A stretch of DNA of 64,000 nt from an uncultured Bdellovibrionales bacterium (GTDB lineage: Bacteria > Patescibacteriota > Minisyncoccia > Moranbacterales > UBA1568), in NCBI GenBank assembly GCA_964436855.1, contig CAYTED010000001.1, positions 135,059-199,058 on the forward strand. The letters are read 5' to 3'. This document shows positions 27,520 through 37,790 of the stretch, piece by piece; positions within the stretch are counted from its first letter, which is position 1, and every line of letters begins with the position of its first letter. The position numbers were made by a program, and so were the translations under genes. The notes below the pieces were generated by a model, which worked only from the letters and a program-made list of their open reading frames with translations, was not told where the DNA came from and searched no databases.

Positions 27520-30372
27520 TCAATTTCCGCCCCGTTTCGCAAGTAGAGCCTCAAAAACCTCCGGAAAATCCTCAAAAACCTTCCCGAGATGAAGCGTTTG
27601 TCCGGAACGGATTTTTGCAAGATCTCCGCTTGTGATCCCATATTCCCGAGCCAGTGTTTCTTTTGGAAGTTCAGAAAGTCGACTAACAGTATTCTCAACA
27701 AGCGTATTTAACTCTCCGGTGGTTATTCCCTCAAATCGTGAATCGGAAAGCATCATCTCTTTCAACCCCTTCCAGACCGATCCGCCAGAAGATACTTTGT
27801 ATTCATACGACACCGTATCAATCGCACTCGATACATCCGGAATGGTCGTCGGAGAGGTAATTTCTCCAACCGCCAATCGCGACCCTAATGCCGGTTCTGA
27901 AAACGAAGCGGGCTCGAGTCCAAGCGATTGTCGAAGAGACACTACCGCATCATCAAGCGATCGTAAAAAACTCTCGATTTTCGGAAACTCAAAATCGATC
28001 CGATCAAGCGCTGGTTTTACAATACCATCGGAAAAAAGCGCGCCCGCATACGAAAACGCGCCGGCGGTGAGCGCGCCAAGGGATGTTTTTTGCACAATAT
28101 GCAGCCATTTTGCGCGATCTATTCGATGTTTTCTTGTATCAAGCACCGAAGATACCCGGTCCGAAAGCGCCTTGCTTACCGATTGATTTCCGCTCGAGAG
28201 AATCACTTCCGCCCTCGAAAGTTCCTGCAAAAGTGAAAGTTGTCGCAAAAACTGCTCATCCCCATCACCAAAAGCAATCAATCCATCCACGAGTTTCCTC
28301 CGAGTATAATCCACCCGCGCCCGCAAACGCTCCCGCATATCTCCATGCAATCGCTCAAGCACCTTTGAATCCAAAAGAGACTTGTCTTCCCCGGCACTCT
28401 TGGAAACCTTCCGTCGAGCCGCCTCGGCACGAAATTTCATTTTCCGAAAAAGCGGGCTTTCCTTATCAATACTGAATTCTTTCTCGATAATTTTTCGTTC
28501 ATCTTCGAGTTTTCTGATCAGCGACTCGACAGAAACAAAATTTTTCTCATACTTTTTGGTTTCTTTTTCAGATCGCACTTTCCCTCCATATCGGGTTTCT
28601 ACGGCATTTTCCTTGAGTTGTTGATTTGCCCGCATACCGGAAAAAATCGCCCCGCATACCGCCGGAGCGGCAATCCAGCCAAGCGTCTCCTTCACCACGG
28701 ATCGCGCAAGGATACCAAAAGCAAAGTATCCCGCATGTTCACCAAAAACACCCGTCGAAATCCGTCGCCACAAACTTGGATTTTTCGACGCATAAAATCT
28801 CCGCTCAAGCTCGGAATCTTCCCCGACCATTCGTCGAAGCTCAATTTGCGTATCCGTTTCATTGATTGCCACCAAAACATCTTTCAGATCAATACCCGTC
28901 TCTTTTTTTCGCGCAATCACGGAAGAAAATGACTGGAGGAGTTGATCTCTTGATTTTTCGTATTCCTTCTTGTTCTGTTGATATAATTCCCGATGCTCTG
29001 CGCTCGCATCCGGAAACGACCACTCATACGGAATCTCGGAAAGTTTTCGAGCGGCGGTATTCAATGTTGCCGAAGCATCCCGAACAGCGTCATTGGTTTC
29101 CAGAGAAAATTCTTTTGCGGAGAGAGAAAAAAAATCCACATTGAGTTTCCCAGAAACTCCGAATGACGCATCCGGTCCGTTTTTTGTTTTCTCAAGCAAA
29201 TTTCTCAACACTTCGCCATGGCTTTCCATTCCGGCGCTTCGAAATTCTTGTACCGTAAGGCGTTTTGTTTTTTCCAAACGAGCCGATCGAGAAAACGAAA
29301 GCCAAATGCGCCGAAAAAAACCGTCCGCATTCGATTCTTCTTCCGTGATTTTCCGACGGGATTCGGCATCGAGCCTGCCAAGCGTCGCGTATCGCATATT
29401 TTCAAACAGAAGTCGCTTTTTCCCATCAGAAAGCTTTTGAAATTCCGGAAAAGAAGCGAGTTCTTCTTTTGAAATTCCAAACTCTTTTTGAAAGAACACA
29501 TTCGTCCGCTCGACCTCATTTTTTTGGATTTCGCTCGCATCACTCCGACGTTTTTTCTTATCCAGAGCCGCGAGTCGAGCAGCTTTTTCTTTTCGTTGCT
29601 CGTGCATCAGAAGCAATTTTTTCCGATCAGCCTGTATTGTTTCTTTCAAAGAAGCGCGCTCATCTTCAGAAGCACCCAAGCTCGGCAGACGAGAAAAAAC
29701 TCGCTGCAATAAATTTTGCTTTTGAGAAAACGAGTCTTCCAATTTCTTGAGTCGGCGTTTGTTTGACTCAATGTCATCCATGAGCGAAACAACATCTCGA
29801 TCAATCTGTTCAAGAGAAGACGCGAGCACATGCCGGCCTATGTCTTCGTTTTCTTCCTCCGAAAGAACGCTTTCTCCAGCACCTTCAGCAATATCTTGTT
29901 CCGCTTCCTGAATAATCTCTTCGGGTGTCTGTACTTTTTTCGGTGCTTCCGATTCGTGAGATTCCTCTTCCTCAGGAAAATTGTCATCAACCGTTTTTTC
30001 TTCTATGGGCTCACCGGAAGGCGAGTCATTTATTTCTTGAGCACGCTTCGAAGAACGCTGACGAGAGAGTCCTTGCTGTTTCAGTTCGTTGAACACACGC
30101 TGAACACCCTGAGGAGAAATCATTCCCGAAAGATCATCGAGAGAGACTATCGATTGGCCTGCAGACTCACCCTCACGATGAAAAACCATCGCCTTCACCG
30201 GAACAAGAGGATCTCGTTCATCACGATACACGGAAACATTGTTCCCGCTTTCCTTATCAACAAAAGAAAATAAAACGAGTTTTTCCCGTTTCTGATCTCC
30301 CTCCTGCACATGAGGATCCAAATTTCTCAAACGATGAACCAAATCATCTCTGTCCGGACTTTTTTGTTTCAT
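27520..30372 (-). CDS. Large hypothetical protein (acidic linker, coiled coils, hydrophobic segments, C-terminal LysM-like motif)
   Basis: 950-aa ORF; C-terminal YKVSSGGSVW...IRSGQTLHL resembles a LysM domain with an insertion. Confidence 0.75.
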   Translation of the reverse strand: MKQKSPDRDDLVHRLRNLDPHVQEGDQKREKLVLFSFVDKESGNNVSVYRDERDPLVPVKAMVFHREGESAGQSIVSLDDLSGMISPQGVQRVFNELKQQGLSRQRSSKRAQEINDSPSGEPIEEKTVDDNFPEEEESHESEAPKKVQTPEEIIQEAEQDIAEGAGESVLSEEENEDIGRHVLASSLEQIDRDVVSLMDDIESNKRRLKKLEDSFSQKQNLLQRVFSRLPSLGASEDERASLKETIQADRKKLLLMHEQRKEKAARLAALDKKKRRSDASEIQKNEVERTNVFFQKEFGISKEELASFPEFQKLSDGKKRLLFENMRYATLGRLDAESRRKITEEESNADGFFRRIWLSFSRSARLEKTKRLTVQEFRSAGMESHGEVLRNLLEKTKNGPDASFGVSGKLNVDFFSLSAKEFSLETNDAVRDASATLNTAARKLSEIPYEWSFPDASAEHRELYQQNKKEYEKSRDQLLQSFSSVIARKKETGIDLKDVLVAINETDTQIELRRMVGEDSELERRFYASKNPSLWRRISTGVFGEHAGYFAFGILARSVVKETLGWIAAPAVCGAIFSGMRANQQLKENAVETRYGGKVRSEKETKKYEKNFVSVESLIRKLEDERKIIEKEFSIDKESPLFRKMKFRAEAARRKVSKSAGEDKSLLDSKVLERLHGDMRERLRARVDYTRRKLVDGLIAFGDGDEQFLRQLSLLQELSRAEVILSSGNQSVSKALSDRVSSVLDTRKHRIDRAKWLHIVQKTSLGALTAGAFSYAGALFSDGIVKPALDRIDFEFPKIESFLRSLDDAVVSLRQSLGLEPASFSEPALGSRLAVGEITSPTTIPDVSSAIDTVSYEYKVSSGGSVWKGLKEMMLSDSRFEGITTGELNTLVENTVSRLSELPKETLAREYGITSGDLAKIRSGQTLHLGKVFEDFPEVFEALLAKRGGN

Positions 30373-30375
30373 ACT

Positions 30376-30879
30376 TCAAGGCTGTGTATTCCTCTCCAGA
30401 GTAACAAAAGAGAATGCATACTGTCCATGATTCTTTTTTTCCTCAGTCGCAACAGGAGAAAAAAATGACTCATACTCGGGGAAAAAAGTATCGGCCTCAA
30501 ATAATCCTTCAACAAGCGTCAGGTACAGCCGATCGGCAAAAGGGAGCATCTGCCCATACACGCTCGCCCCACCACAAATAAAGACTTCGTCCTGCTCCAC
30601 TTCACGAGCCTTGAGAAGTGCCTCGTCGACCGAACGAACCACCACCACTCCTTCCGGAGAAAAATCCGGATCAAGCGAAAGCACGATATTTGTCCGATTG
30701 GGAAGCGGCTTGCCAATAGAGTGATACGTTTTCTCTCCCATGATAATCGCGTGCCCCGATGTCGTTTCTTTGAAATGCCGAAAATCTTCCGGAATATGCC
30801 ACAGAAGTTTATTCTGAAAGCCAATAGCCCGATCCTTCCTTGCGATCGCGGCGATCATGCTGATAACTGGTGTATTCAT
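30376..30879 (-). CDS. folA: Dihydrofolate reductase
   Basis: AIG..NKLLWHIPEDFRHFK, IMGEKTY.SIGKPLPNR, ICGGASVY, DTFFP. Confidence 0.96.
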   Translation of the reverse strand: MNTPVISMIAAIARKDRAIGFQNKLLWHIPEDFRHFKETTSGHAIIMGEKTYHSIGKPLPNRTNIVLSLDPDFSPEGVVVVRSVDEALLKAREVEQDEVFICGGASVYGQMLPFADRLYLTLVEGLFEADTFFPEYESFFSPVATEEKKNHGQYAFSFVTLERNTQP

Positions 30880-30935
30880 TCTTTCTTTTTCATTTCAAAA
30901 AATCTTTGGCTTCTCCTCAGAAGAGTGTCCGCACA

Positions 30936-31853
30936 CTACACTGCAATCGGCGCTTTGATCGGTGAGTGTGATTCGTACCCCTCTAAAGTAAAGTCGTCAA
31001 GAGTAAAGCCAAAAATATCTTTCACCGCTGGATTGAGTTTGAGAGTCGGAAGTTTTTTTGGCTCACGCGCAAGCTGAGTTCGTACCTGATCAAAATGATT
31101 TTTATACAAATGCACATCACCACCCGTCCATACAAACTCTCCCGGGAGAAGATCACACACTTGCGCTATCATCATAGTCAAAAGCGAATAAGAAGCAATA
31201 TTGAACGGAACTCCAAGAAACGTATCACAACTTCGTTGATAGAGCTGACAAGAAAGTTTTCCGTTGGCGACAAAAAACTGAAACAAACAATGGCACGGAG
31301 GCAATCCCGACTTGGCCATTTCCTCAATATCCGCCACATTCCATGCTGACACAATCAGCCGTCTCGAATCCGGCGTTTGTTTGATTTGTTCAATTATCTG
31401 TGTAATCTGATCGATATGCCGACCATCCGGTGTCGGCCATGAGCGCCACTGATATCCGTAAATCGGACCGAGCTCTCCGTACTCTTTCGCAAATGCCTCA
31501 TCCGTCTTCACTCGATCGACAAATTCTTTGAGCCCCTTCGTCCACTCTTCCGATCCGGATGGCGGCACAGGCTGCCCCGTTTTCTCAAGATACCCTTTGT
31601 ATGGCCACTCATCCCAAATATGCACATCATTTTCCGCGAGGTATCGAAGATTCGAATCTCCCTTGAGAAACCACAAAAGCTCATGGATAATTGCCCGCAA
31701 GGCCATTTTTTTGGTCGTCAAAAGAGGAAACCCCTCGGAAAGATCAAAACGCATCTGATGGCCAAAGACCGCCCGTGTCCCCGTGCCGGTCCGATCGGTT
31801 TTATCGACGCCCTTTACCACGATATGCCAGAGAAGATCTTGGTATTGTTTCAT
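30936..31853 (-). CDS. thyA: Thymidylate synthase
   Basis: [45 protein letters not shown]. Confidence 0.97.
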   Translation of the reverse strand: MKQYQDLLWHIVVKGVDKTDRTGTGTRAVFGHQMRFDLSEGFPLLTTKKMALRAIIHELLWFLKGDSNLRYLAENDVHIWDEWPYKGYLEKTGQPVPPSGSEEWTKGLKEFVDRVKTDEAFAKEYGELGPIYGYQWRSWPTPDGRHIDQITQIIEQIKQTPDSRRLIVSAWNVADIEEMAKSGLPPCHCLFQFFVANGKLSCQLYQRSCDTFLGVPFNIASYSLLTMMIAQVCDLLPGEFVWTGGDVHLYKNHFDQVRTQLAREPKKLPTLKLNPAVKDIFGFTLDDFTLEGYESHSPIKAPIAV

Positions 31854-31908
31854 ATATACTGTTTCAGATTATTGAGAGAAAAGGCAAACACCTGGTAGCA
31901 ACAATCGG

Positions 31909-32478
31909 TTATTTTTTCTTGAAATTCAAATGCATTTTCGATGCGACCGGCTTGGTATCCCCATAATATTTACTATTGAGTCCCTTGGATCCATACGGCC
32001 GCTCACACGGCGACGAAAGATACTCAAAGGCCATCTGACCGATCGGCATGCCGGCATACAGCTTTATCGGGAGCTTCCCCGCATTAAACAGTTCGAGCGT
32101 CATTTTGAGACGATTACCTGCATCCAGAAATCCGGCTGTCGTATGAATAATCAGCCCAAGCCGTCCAAGCGAGCTCTTCCCTTCCAGTCGTCCAACGATC
32201 TTGTCGGACACACCGGTCTCTTCAAGCAGTGTCCCGAGCGCAAACTCCCCCGGATGAAGCACAAACGCCTCATTTTTTTTGATCTCGATTTCCTTCATCA
32301 AGTTCTCCGCCGGAGACTTTGGGTCGATCACAAAATTTTGATTGATATTGAAAATAAGAAAGTGCTTATCAAGATGCACATCATAACTCGCCGGCTGAAC
32401 ACAGTCGCTCTTAAACGGCTTAATCGTGATTTCTTTGCTGCGAATCTCTTTTCGAATATCCCTGTCCGAAAGAATCAT
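31909..32478 (-). CDS. dcd: dCTP deaminase
   Basis: MILSDRDI, QPASYDVHL, EGKSSLGRLG, TAGFLDAG, TLELFN, IGQ, KY. Confidence 0.95.
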   Translation of the reverse strand: MILSDRDIRKEIRSKEITIKPFKSDCVQPASYDVHLDKHFLIFNINQNFVIDPKSPAENLMKEIEIKKNEAFVLHPGEFALGTLLEETGVSDKIVGRLEGKSSLGRLGLIIHTTAGFLDAGNRLKMTLELFNAGKLPIKLYAGMPIGQMAFEYLSSPCERPYGSKGLNSKYYGDTKPVASKMHLNFKKK

Positions 32479-32580
32479 AGGCGTTCTCAATAAATTAGCT
32501 CGCCCTCCTAAAGTATCCCCATCATACCAGATATATTTTCCCTACACAAAGCCATTTTTTGCAATAAACACCCACCCCTG

Positions 32581-33138
32581 TCAATGAAGAATGTTCGCCA
32601 TCACCGTATCGGTTGCGGCAAGAAGCTCCTCGAGCCCCCGATCATTTACGATTGTAAAATCCGCCTTCGCACCGATTTCCGGAATATGCACCTCGGTCGG
32701 AGCTTGTTCCAATCGTTGAAAATACTCAAAACTCTCACTGTCATCAGATTTTTCGCCTCGCTTATGCGCTCGTTCCCAACGCAATTTTTGAGGCGCCGTA
32801 ACATAAATCACGAAACTCGACTCAAACTGTTTAACAAAATCATAATCCTCCAAAAACCGGAGTCCGTTAACTGACACCAGCCCTTCCGCCGCCTCAATAT
32901 GTGGTTTGAGCGCCTTTCCAAGGATATCTTTTCCAAATCGCTCTTTCAGAAGCATCGCAAGCCACTGCTGATCATCTTTAGAAAACCGCTCGAAATAAAG
33001 CGAAAGCGTTTCTTTGATCGGATCAGCGAAACGCAGAAGATGCGCCTCGTAGCGTGTTTTCAAATAATGCGCGACCGTATCCTTTCCCGATCCTGTCTCT
33101 CCAACCAGACCGACAATCACTTTCTTTTTTCCATTCAT
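32581..33138 (-). CDS. P-loop nucleotide kinase (dephospho-CoA/dNMP-kinase-like), paralog 2
   Basis: IVGLVGETGSGKDTVA, RFADPIK, VNGLRF, ADFTIVND. Confidence 0.8.
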   Translation of the reverse strand: MNGKKKVIVGLVGETGSGKDTVAHYLKTRYEAHLLRFADPIKETLSLYFERFSKDDQQWLAMLLKERFGKDILGKALKPHIEAAEGLVSVNGLRFLEDYDFVKQFESSFVIYVTAPQKLRWERAHKRGEKSDDSESFEYFQRLEQAPTEVHIPEIGAKADFTIVNDRGLEELLAATDTVMANILH

Positions 33139-33253
33139 GAATTTTCAGAATATGTTTTTAAAAAACACACACATTTTACCAATACCGCCGCGCATCGTCA
33201 AAACAAAATCGCGCCACTCAAAGAGCAACGCGATTTCTTATGCCAAGAAAAAT

Positions 33254-33943
33254 TTACAGAGCGACCCGAACACTCGGGCCCATCGTCGAGCAAACCGATA
33301 CGGAAACAATTAGCTTTCCCTTTACGGATGCCGGCTTCGCCTTTCCAACCGCATCAAGAAGCACATCGTAATTCTTCCGGAGCGATTCCGAAGAAAACGA
33401 AAGTTTCCCGATAATCTGATGAATACTTCCGCCGTCATCGCTCTTGAAACTCACTTTCTTTCCCTTCTTCATCATCTCGACCGTCTCGGCAATCTTCGGC
33501 GTAACGGTCTCCGTTTTTGGAGACGGCATCATTCCTCTCGGTCCGAGGATTTTCGCCGCCGGCGCAAGTTTCGGCATCATTTCCGGTGTCGCAAGCAGTA
33601 CGTCAAACTGCGCGCCCGGGACAAGCTTTCCGGATTTGATATCGTCGATCAATTCCTGTCCGCCGACAAGATCCGCGCCCGCGTCTTTCGCTTCTTTTTC
33701 TTTTGTCGAGGTAACAACCGCGACTCGCTTGGTCTTCCCGGTTCCTTCCGGAAGCGCAACCGTCGCGCGAACCTGTTGATCCGTTTTTTTCGGATCAATC
33801 GACAATCGGACATGAATCTCGACCGATTCGTCAAACTTCGCCACAGGCTTCGCCTGAAGAAGCGCCAACGCCTCTTCGAATGCGTATTCCTTTCCAATTT
33901 CGATCGTGTCCGCGATCGCGCGGTAATTCTTTCCGTGCTTCAT
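33254..33943 (-). CDS. rplA: 50S ribosomal protein L1
   Basis: KFDESVE, QVRATVALPEGTG, LGPRGMMP, STMGP. Confidence 0.97.
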   Translation of the reverse strand: MKHGKNYRAIADTIEIGKEYAFEEALALLQAKPVAKFDESVEIHVRLSIDPKKTDQQVRATVALPEGTGKTKRVAVVTSTKEKEAKDAGADLVGGQELIDDIKSGKLVPGAQFDVLLATPEMMPKLAPAAKILGPRGMMPSPKTETVTPKIAETVEMMKKGKKVSFKSDDGGSIHQIIGKLSFSSESLRKNYDVLLDAVGKAKPASVKGKLIVSVSVCSTMGPSVRVAL

Positions 33944-33952
33944 ATGATTTTT

Positions 33953-33984
33953 GTGGTTCAAGCGAGATCAAGCATCTCTCCCAC
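33953..33984 (-). promoter_or_regulatory. L1-binding autoregulatory mRNA hairpin upstream of rplA
   Basis: Minus strand GTGGGAGAGAT-gcttg-ATCTCGCTTGAACCAC matches the GUGG-GAG...-AACCAC asymmetric-loop motif seen before rplA in Firmicutes; ends 10 nt before the ATG. Confidence 0.7.
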
Positions 33985-33996
33985 CTCATTAAAAAT

Positions 33997-34103
33997 AATT
34001 TTGAATTGAAAATTTTGAATTTCGAATCAATTCTCCAATGAACGAATTCCGATTTAAAAAAATTCAAAATTCATTCAAAATTGGAAATTCGAAATTAAAA
34101 ATT
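33997..34103. repeat. Inverted pair of degenerate heptamer tandem arrays (AATTTTG / CAAAATT-like)
   Basis: AATTTTG AATTGAA AATTTTG AATTTCG ... CAAAATT GGAAATT CGAAATT AAAAATT between rplK and rplA. Confidence 0.7.
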
Positions 34104-34527
34104 ACTCTGTTACCCTAATCCCCATCGACCGCGCCGTTCCTTCGATAATTCGCATCGCCATTTCAACATCATGTGCGTTCAAATCGGTCATTTTCTTTTC
34201 CGCGATCTCTCTTACCTGCGCCTTCGTTACCGACCCGACTTTATTCTTGAGCGGATTTCCGGCGCCCTTCTCGACTTTCGCCGCCTTCTTCAAAAGCTCG
34301 GCCGCTGGCGGCGTTTTGAGAACAAAAGTAAACGTCCGGTCTTCGTACACGGTAATTTCCGCCGGCGTCACCTCTCCCATTCGATCCTTGGTCGCCTCGT
34401 TAAACTTCGTGCAAAAGTCCTGAATATTGAGCCCGTGCTGACCAAGCGCTGGACCAACCGGAGGAGCCGGATTTGCCCGCCCGCCCGGAATCTGCAATTT
34501 AATAACCGTTTTGATTGCTTTTGCCAT
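34102..34527 (-). CDS. rplK: 50S ribosomal protein L11
   Basis: [31 protein letters not shown]. Confidence 0.97.
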   Translation of the reverse strand: MAKAIKTVIKLQIPGGRANPAPPVGPALGQHGLNIQDFCTKFNEATKDRMGEVTPAEITVYEDRTFTFVLKTPPAAELLKKAAKVEKGAGNPLKNKVGSVTKAQVREIAEKKMTDLNAHDVEMAMRIIEGTARSMGIRVTE

Positions 34528-34619
34528 AATTCTTCTCGTAAATAATCCGATCTTACTCTCATTCATTTCAACATCCATCATTTCATCTTTCTCCTATCAA
34601 ACGAGAAGCACATTTGATC

Positions 34620-34670
34620 ATTGAAAAATTTGAATATTGATTGGAAATTGAAAATTCGAAATTGAAAATT
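34620..34670. repeat. Degenerate heptamer tandem array (GAAAATT-like)
   Basis: GGAAATT GAAAATT CGAAATT GAAAATT directly after the nusG stop. Confidence 0.65.
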
Positions 34671-34676
34671 TTTTCT

Positions 34677-35222
34677 TTACACTTTCTTAATCTGGAGAAA
34701 ATCAAGTTCGACTGGCGTCTCGCGACCGAAAATCGAAACAAGTACTTTTACTTTTCCTTTTTCATCGTCAACTTCCTGAATCTTTCCTTCAAAGCTCTTG
34801 AATGGCCCGTCCATAATCTTCACTGGGTCATTGACGGCAACATCGATCTTGTATTTCGGCTCCTCAACACCCATCCGTTTCTTCAGACCATCGATTTCCT
34901 TCGGATCAATCGGGGTCGGCGTCGTTCCAAGACCGATAAATCCGGTTACATTTGGCGTATTGCGCACCACATACCACGACGCATCCGTTACAATCATATC
35001 GACAAGCACATACCCCGGATAGATTCGCTCTTCCACGGTCGTGCGCTTTCCGCCCTTGATTTTGATCTTTTTTTCCTTCGGGACCATTACGTCAAAAATA
35101 AGATCCTGCATATCCATCGACTCAATACGCTGTTTCAGATTGCGCGACACGTTATCCTCATACCCCGAATAGGTGTGAAGCACATACCAAGCGCGACCGT
35201 GATGCTGTGTTTGTTTCGCCAT
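34677..35222 (-). CDS. nusG: Transcription termination/antitermination factor NusG
   Basis: WYVLHTYSGYE, YPGYVLV, VRNTPNVTGF, KOW motif GPF..F.G, IFGRETPVEL. Confidence 0.97.
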   Translation of the reverse strand: MAKQTQHHGRAWYVLHTYSGYEDNVSRNLKQRIESMDMQDLIFDVMVPKEKKIKIKGGKRTTVEERIYPGYVLVDMIVTDASWYVVRNTPNVTGFIGLGTTPTPIDPKEIDGLKKRMGVEEPKYKIDVAVNDPVKIMDGPFKSFEGKIQEVDDEKGKVKVLVSIFGRETPVELDFLQIKKV

Positions 35223-35237
35223 ATATCGATGAAAAAA

Positions 35238-35423
35238 TTAGCGAATAAAATATTCTTTAACCAAAAAACTGAATAACCAATCAAGCGTTCCAAGAAATGT
35301 CGCCACAACAATCGAAAGCACGATAACGGTCATCGTATACCGAAACACCTGGACACGATTCGGCCAGCTTACTTTTGCAAGCTCGATCCTCGCTTCTTTG
35401 AAAAAACCAAAAATCGCCCGCAT
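35238..35423 (-). CDS. secE: Preprotein translocase subunit SecE
   Basis: ELAKVSWP plus a TM helix; directly upstream of nusG. Confidence 0.95.
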   Translation of the reverse strand: MRAIFGFFKEARIELAKVSWPNRVQVFRYTMTVIVLSIVVATFLGTLDWLFSFLVKEYFIR

Positions 35424-35426
35424 ATA

Positions 35427-35624
35427 TCAAAACTTGAAAGAGCTGCCGGAGACTTGAGCGTCATTCGACTCGAATCGTTCCTGATAGGCGAAGAAGTGCA
35501 CCAAATCCGACAGTTCCGCGGTATTAAAAAAGCCCCGAGGGCCTATATTGAAAGAATAGTACTTCTTTCCCGTTTCGTCAACTTCAATGTAAAAACCTGA
35601 AGAGGCCCAAACACACAGCATCAA
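35427..35624 (-). CDS. Small hypothetical protein (uncertain)
   Basis: 65-aa ORF abutting secE; no motif. Confidence 0.3.
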   Translation of the reverse strand: MMLCVWASSGFYIEVDETGKKYYSFNIGPRGFFNTAELSDLVHFFAYQERFESNDAQVSGSSFKF

Positions 35625-35723
35625 ACAAAGCGCTCTTCCTAATTTTTAAAACGTAAACTTCTCTCTTGTGGATTTCGTGCCTTGTATTGTGTTTGATTTT
35701 CGCGCTTTCTGCCTTGTATTTTT

Positions 35724-36275
35724 CTATATCAGTTCCATTTCCTCGAAAAACACCCGATACAGACCCATCACGCGCTCCGCCTCGGACAGATCAATCTCAA
35801 ACGTTGCATCATTCACGATACGATTCCGAATTGAATGCGCCTCAAGGAGGGCCGAGAGCGTTTCAATATGCCCCGCGGGAATATTTGAAAGTCGCTCCCC
35901 CATATCCTTCCCGGTGTATCGCGACGATGCAAGAATCTTATCCGCAAGGGCATCCGCCTCAAGAATTGCCGCTTTGTACTGCGACGGATTACCACTTTCC
36001 AAACGACTGGCGATATTTCGAAAAAATCGTTCGCCGCCGGATTTCCCAAACCGCAACGGACGAAAGTCCGATCCGAGAAGATTCATTTTGAGATCGCGAC
36101 CGACTCCGCGAAGCGACAAAAGAATGACGATATCGATAAAAAGGACTACTACGTAAACGAGAAGTAAAAACTTGATCGTGCGCACAATGGCAAGATGATT
36201 CACCACTTCAAGCGTCATCGGTGCACCAAACAGAATCTGCGTGAGAATGCCGACAAAATCGATATCGGTATACAT
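35724..36275 (-). CDS. Conserved membrane-anchored hypothetical protein
   Basis: TM helix followed by KAAILEAD..D..L..GKDMGERL..EAHSIRNRIV. Confidence 0.75.
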   Translation of the reverse strand: MYTDIDFVGILTQILFGAPMTLEVVNHLAIVRTIKFLLLVYVVVLFIDIVILLSLRGVGRDLKMNLLGSDFRPLRFGKSGGERFFRNIASRLESGNPSQYKAAILEADALADKILASSRYTGKDMGERLSNIPAGHIETLSALLEAHSIRNRIVNDATFEIDLSEAERVMGLYRVFFEEMELI

Positions 36276-36298
36276 ACTGTTTTGTTTTTGAGAACCAT

Positions 36299-37753
36299 CT
36301 AAAGCGACTCAAATGCATCCGCGACTCGGAGCATTCCCTCTTCATCATACCACTTCGCCGAAAGCTGCCCGCCAATCGGAAGATGTTTCCCTTCTTCTTC
36401 GATCGTCCCTATTGGAAACGATATCGCCGGAATGCCGGAAAGATTCGCTGTTACGGTATAGATATCCGAAAGATACATTCGAAGCGGATCATCGGACTTT
36501 GCGCCAAACCGAAATGCCGCCTCCGGTGTCGTTGGCGAAAAGACAAAATCAATCTCCCGAAACGCTTTTTCAAAATCTTCCCGAACGAGTTTTCTCACCG
36601 CCTGTGCCTTCTTGTAATACGCGTCGTAATACCCCGCTGAAAGTGCGTAGGTCCCAAGCATAATTCGACGTTTCACTTCCGAACCGAATCCGTATTTTCT
36701 CGTATCAAGATAGGTTTCAAGAAGATTTCCAGACCCGGGAAGCGTTTCTTCCCGATCATTTATGGAAAGTCCGTACCGAATACCATCAAATCGAGCAAGA
36801 TTCGAACTAACCTCGCACGGCATCACAATATAGTATACCGGAAGCGCGTACTTCGAATGCGGTAAAGAAATGTCTCGTATCTCCGCGCCGAGTGATCGAA
36901 ACTTCGCAACTGCATCGTCAAATACTTTTCGCACGCACGGATCCAAGTCATCCGAAAGATACTCTTTGGGAATACCGATTTTTATACCAACAATATCCTT
37001 CGTAAGAAAACTCGTATAGTCCCGTCCATCGCTCTGTCCGGTGGTCGCGTCCTTTGTATCGCTGCCGGAAATCGTCGAAAGGACAATCGCTGCGTCTTCA
37101 ACCGTTTTCGTAAACGGCCCGATCTGATCCAAGCTCGACGCCATCGCCGAAACACCGTATCGAGAAACTCGTCCGTATGTCGGTTTCACCCCAACCAACC
37201 CGGTAAAAGCCGCCGGCTGTCGAATTGATCCTCCGGTATCCGATCCGAGCGCCCATACCGCCATATCTCCCGCGACTGCTGCTGCGGATCCGCCCGATGA
37301 ACCCCCGGGGACACGCTCCGGATCAACAGGATTTTTTGTTGGTCCATATGCACTCGATTCGGTCGACGATCCCATCGCAAACTCGTCCATATTCGTCTTC
37401 CCAAGGAGAATAGCATTCGATTCCTTCAGCTTCCGAATAACCGTCGCGTCATACGGCGAAATGTAATTATCGAGAATCTTTGAACCCGAAGTCGCCCGAA
37501 CGCCGGCAACGCAGATATTGTCTTTGATCGCCCCCGGAATACCGGCAAGCATTCCAATAGGCGCACCGCTCAAAATTTTCTCATCAACAAACGCCGCATC
37601 TCGAAGCGCGGACTCCTCAATGATCGTGAGATACGCATTCAAATGAGGATTTTTTTCCTGAATCGATCGCAGATACCCTGCTGTCAACTCGACGGCGGTG
37701 ATTTCCTTCCCGAGTAATTTTTGATGCAAATCGCGAATCATACTTTGATACAT
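36299..37753 (-). CDS. gatA: Asp-tRNA(Asn)/Glu-tRNA(Gln) amidotransferase subunit A
   Basis: IKDNI, GKTNMDEFAMGSS, PGGSSGGS, GSDTGGSIRQPA, KRRIMLGT. Confidence 0.97.
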   Translation of the reverse strand: MYQSMIRDLHQKLLGKEITAVELTAGYLRSIQEKNPHLNAYLTIIEESALRDAAFVDEKILSGAPIGMLAGIPGAIKDNICVAGVRATSGSKILDNYISPYDATVIRKLKESNAILLGKTNMDEFAMGSSTESSAYGPTKNPVDPERVPGGSSGGSAAAVAGDMAVWALGSDTGGSIRQPAAFTGLVGVKPTYGRVSRYGVSAMASSLDQIGPFTKTVEDAAIVLSTISGSDTKDATTGQSDGRDYTSFLTKDIVGIKIGIPKEYLSDDLDPCVRKVFDDAVAKFRSLGAEIRDISLPHSKYALPVYYIVMPCEVSSNLARFDGIRYGLSINDREETLPGSGNLLETYLDTRKYGFGSEVKRRIMLGTYALSAGYYDAYYKKAQAVRKLVREDFEKAFREIDFVFSPTTPEAAFRFGAKSDDPLRMYLSDIYTVTANLSGIPAISFPIGTIEEEGKHLPIGGQLSAKWYDEEGMLRVADAFESL

Positions 37754-37790
37754 CTTACATTCAAAATTTCAAATACATTTCGAATCGACA

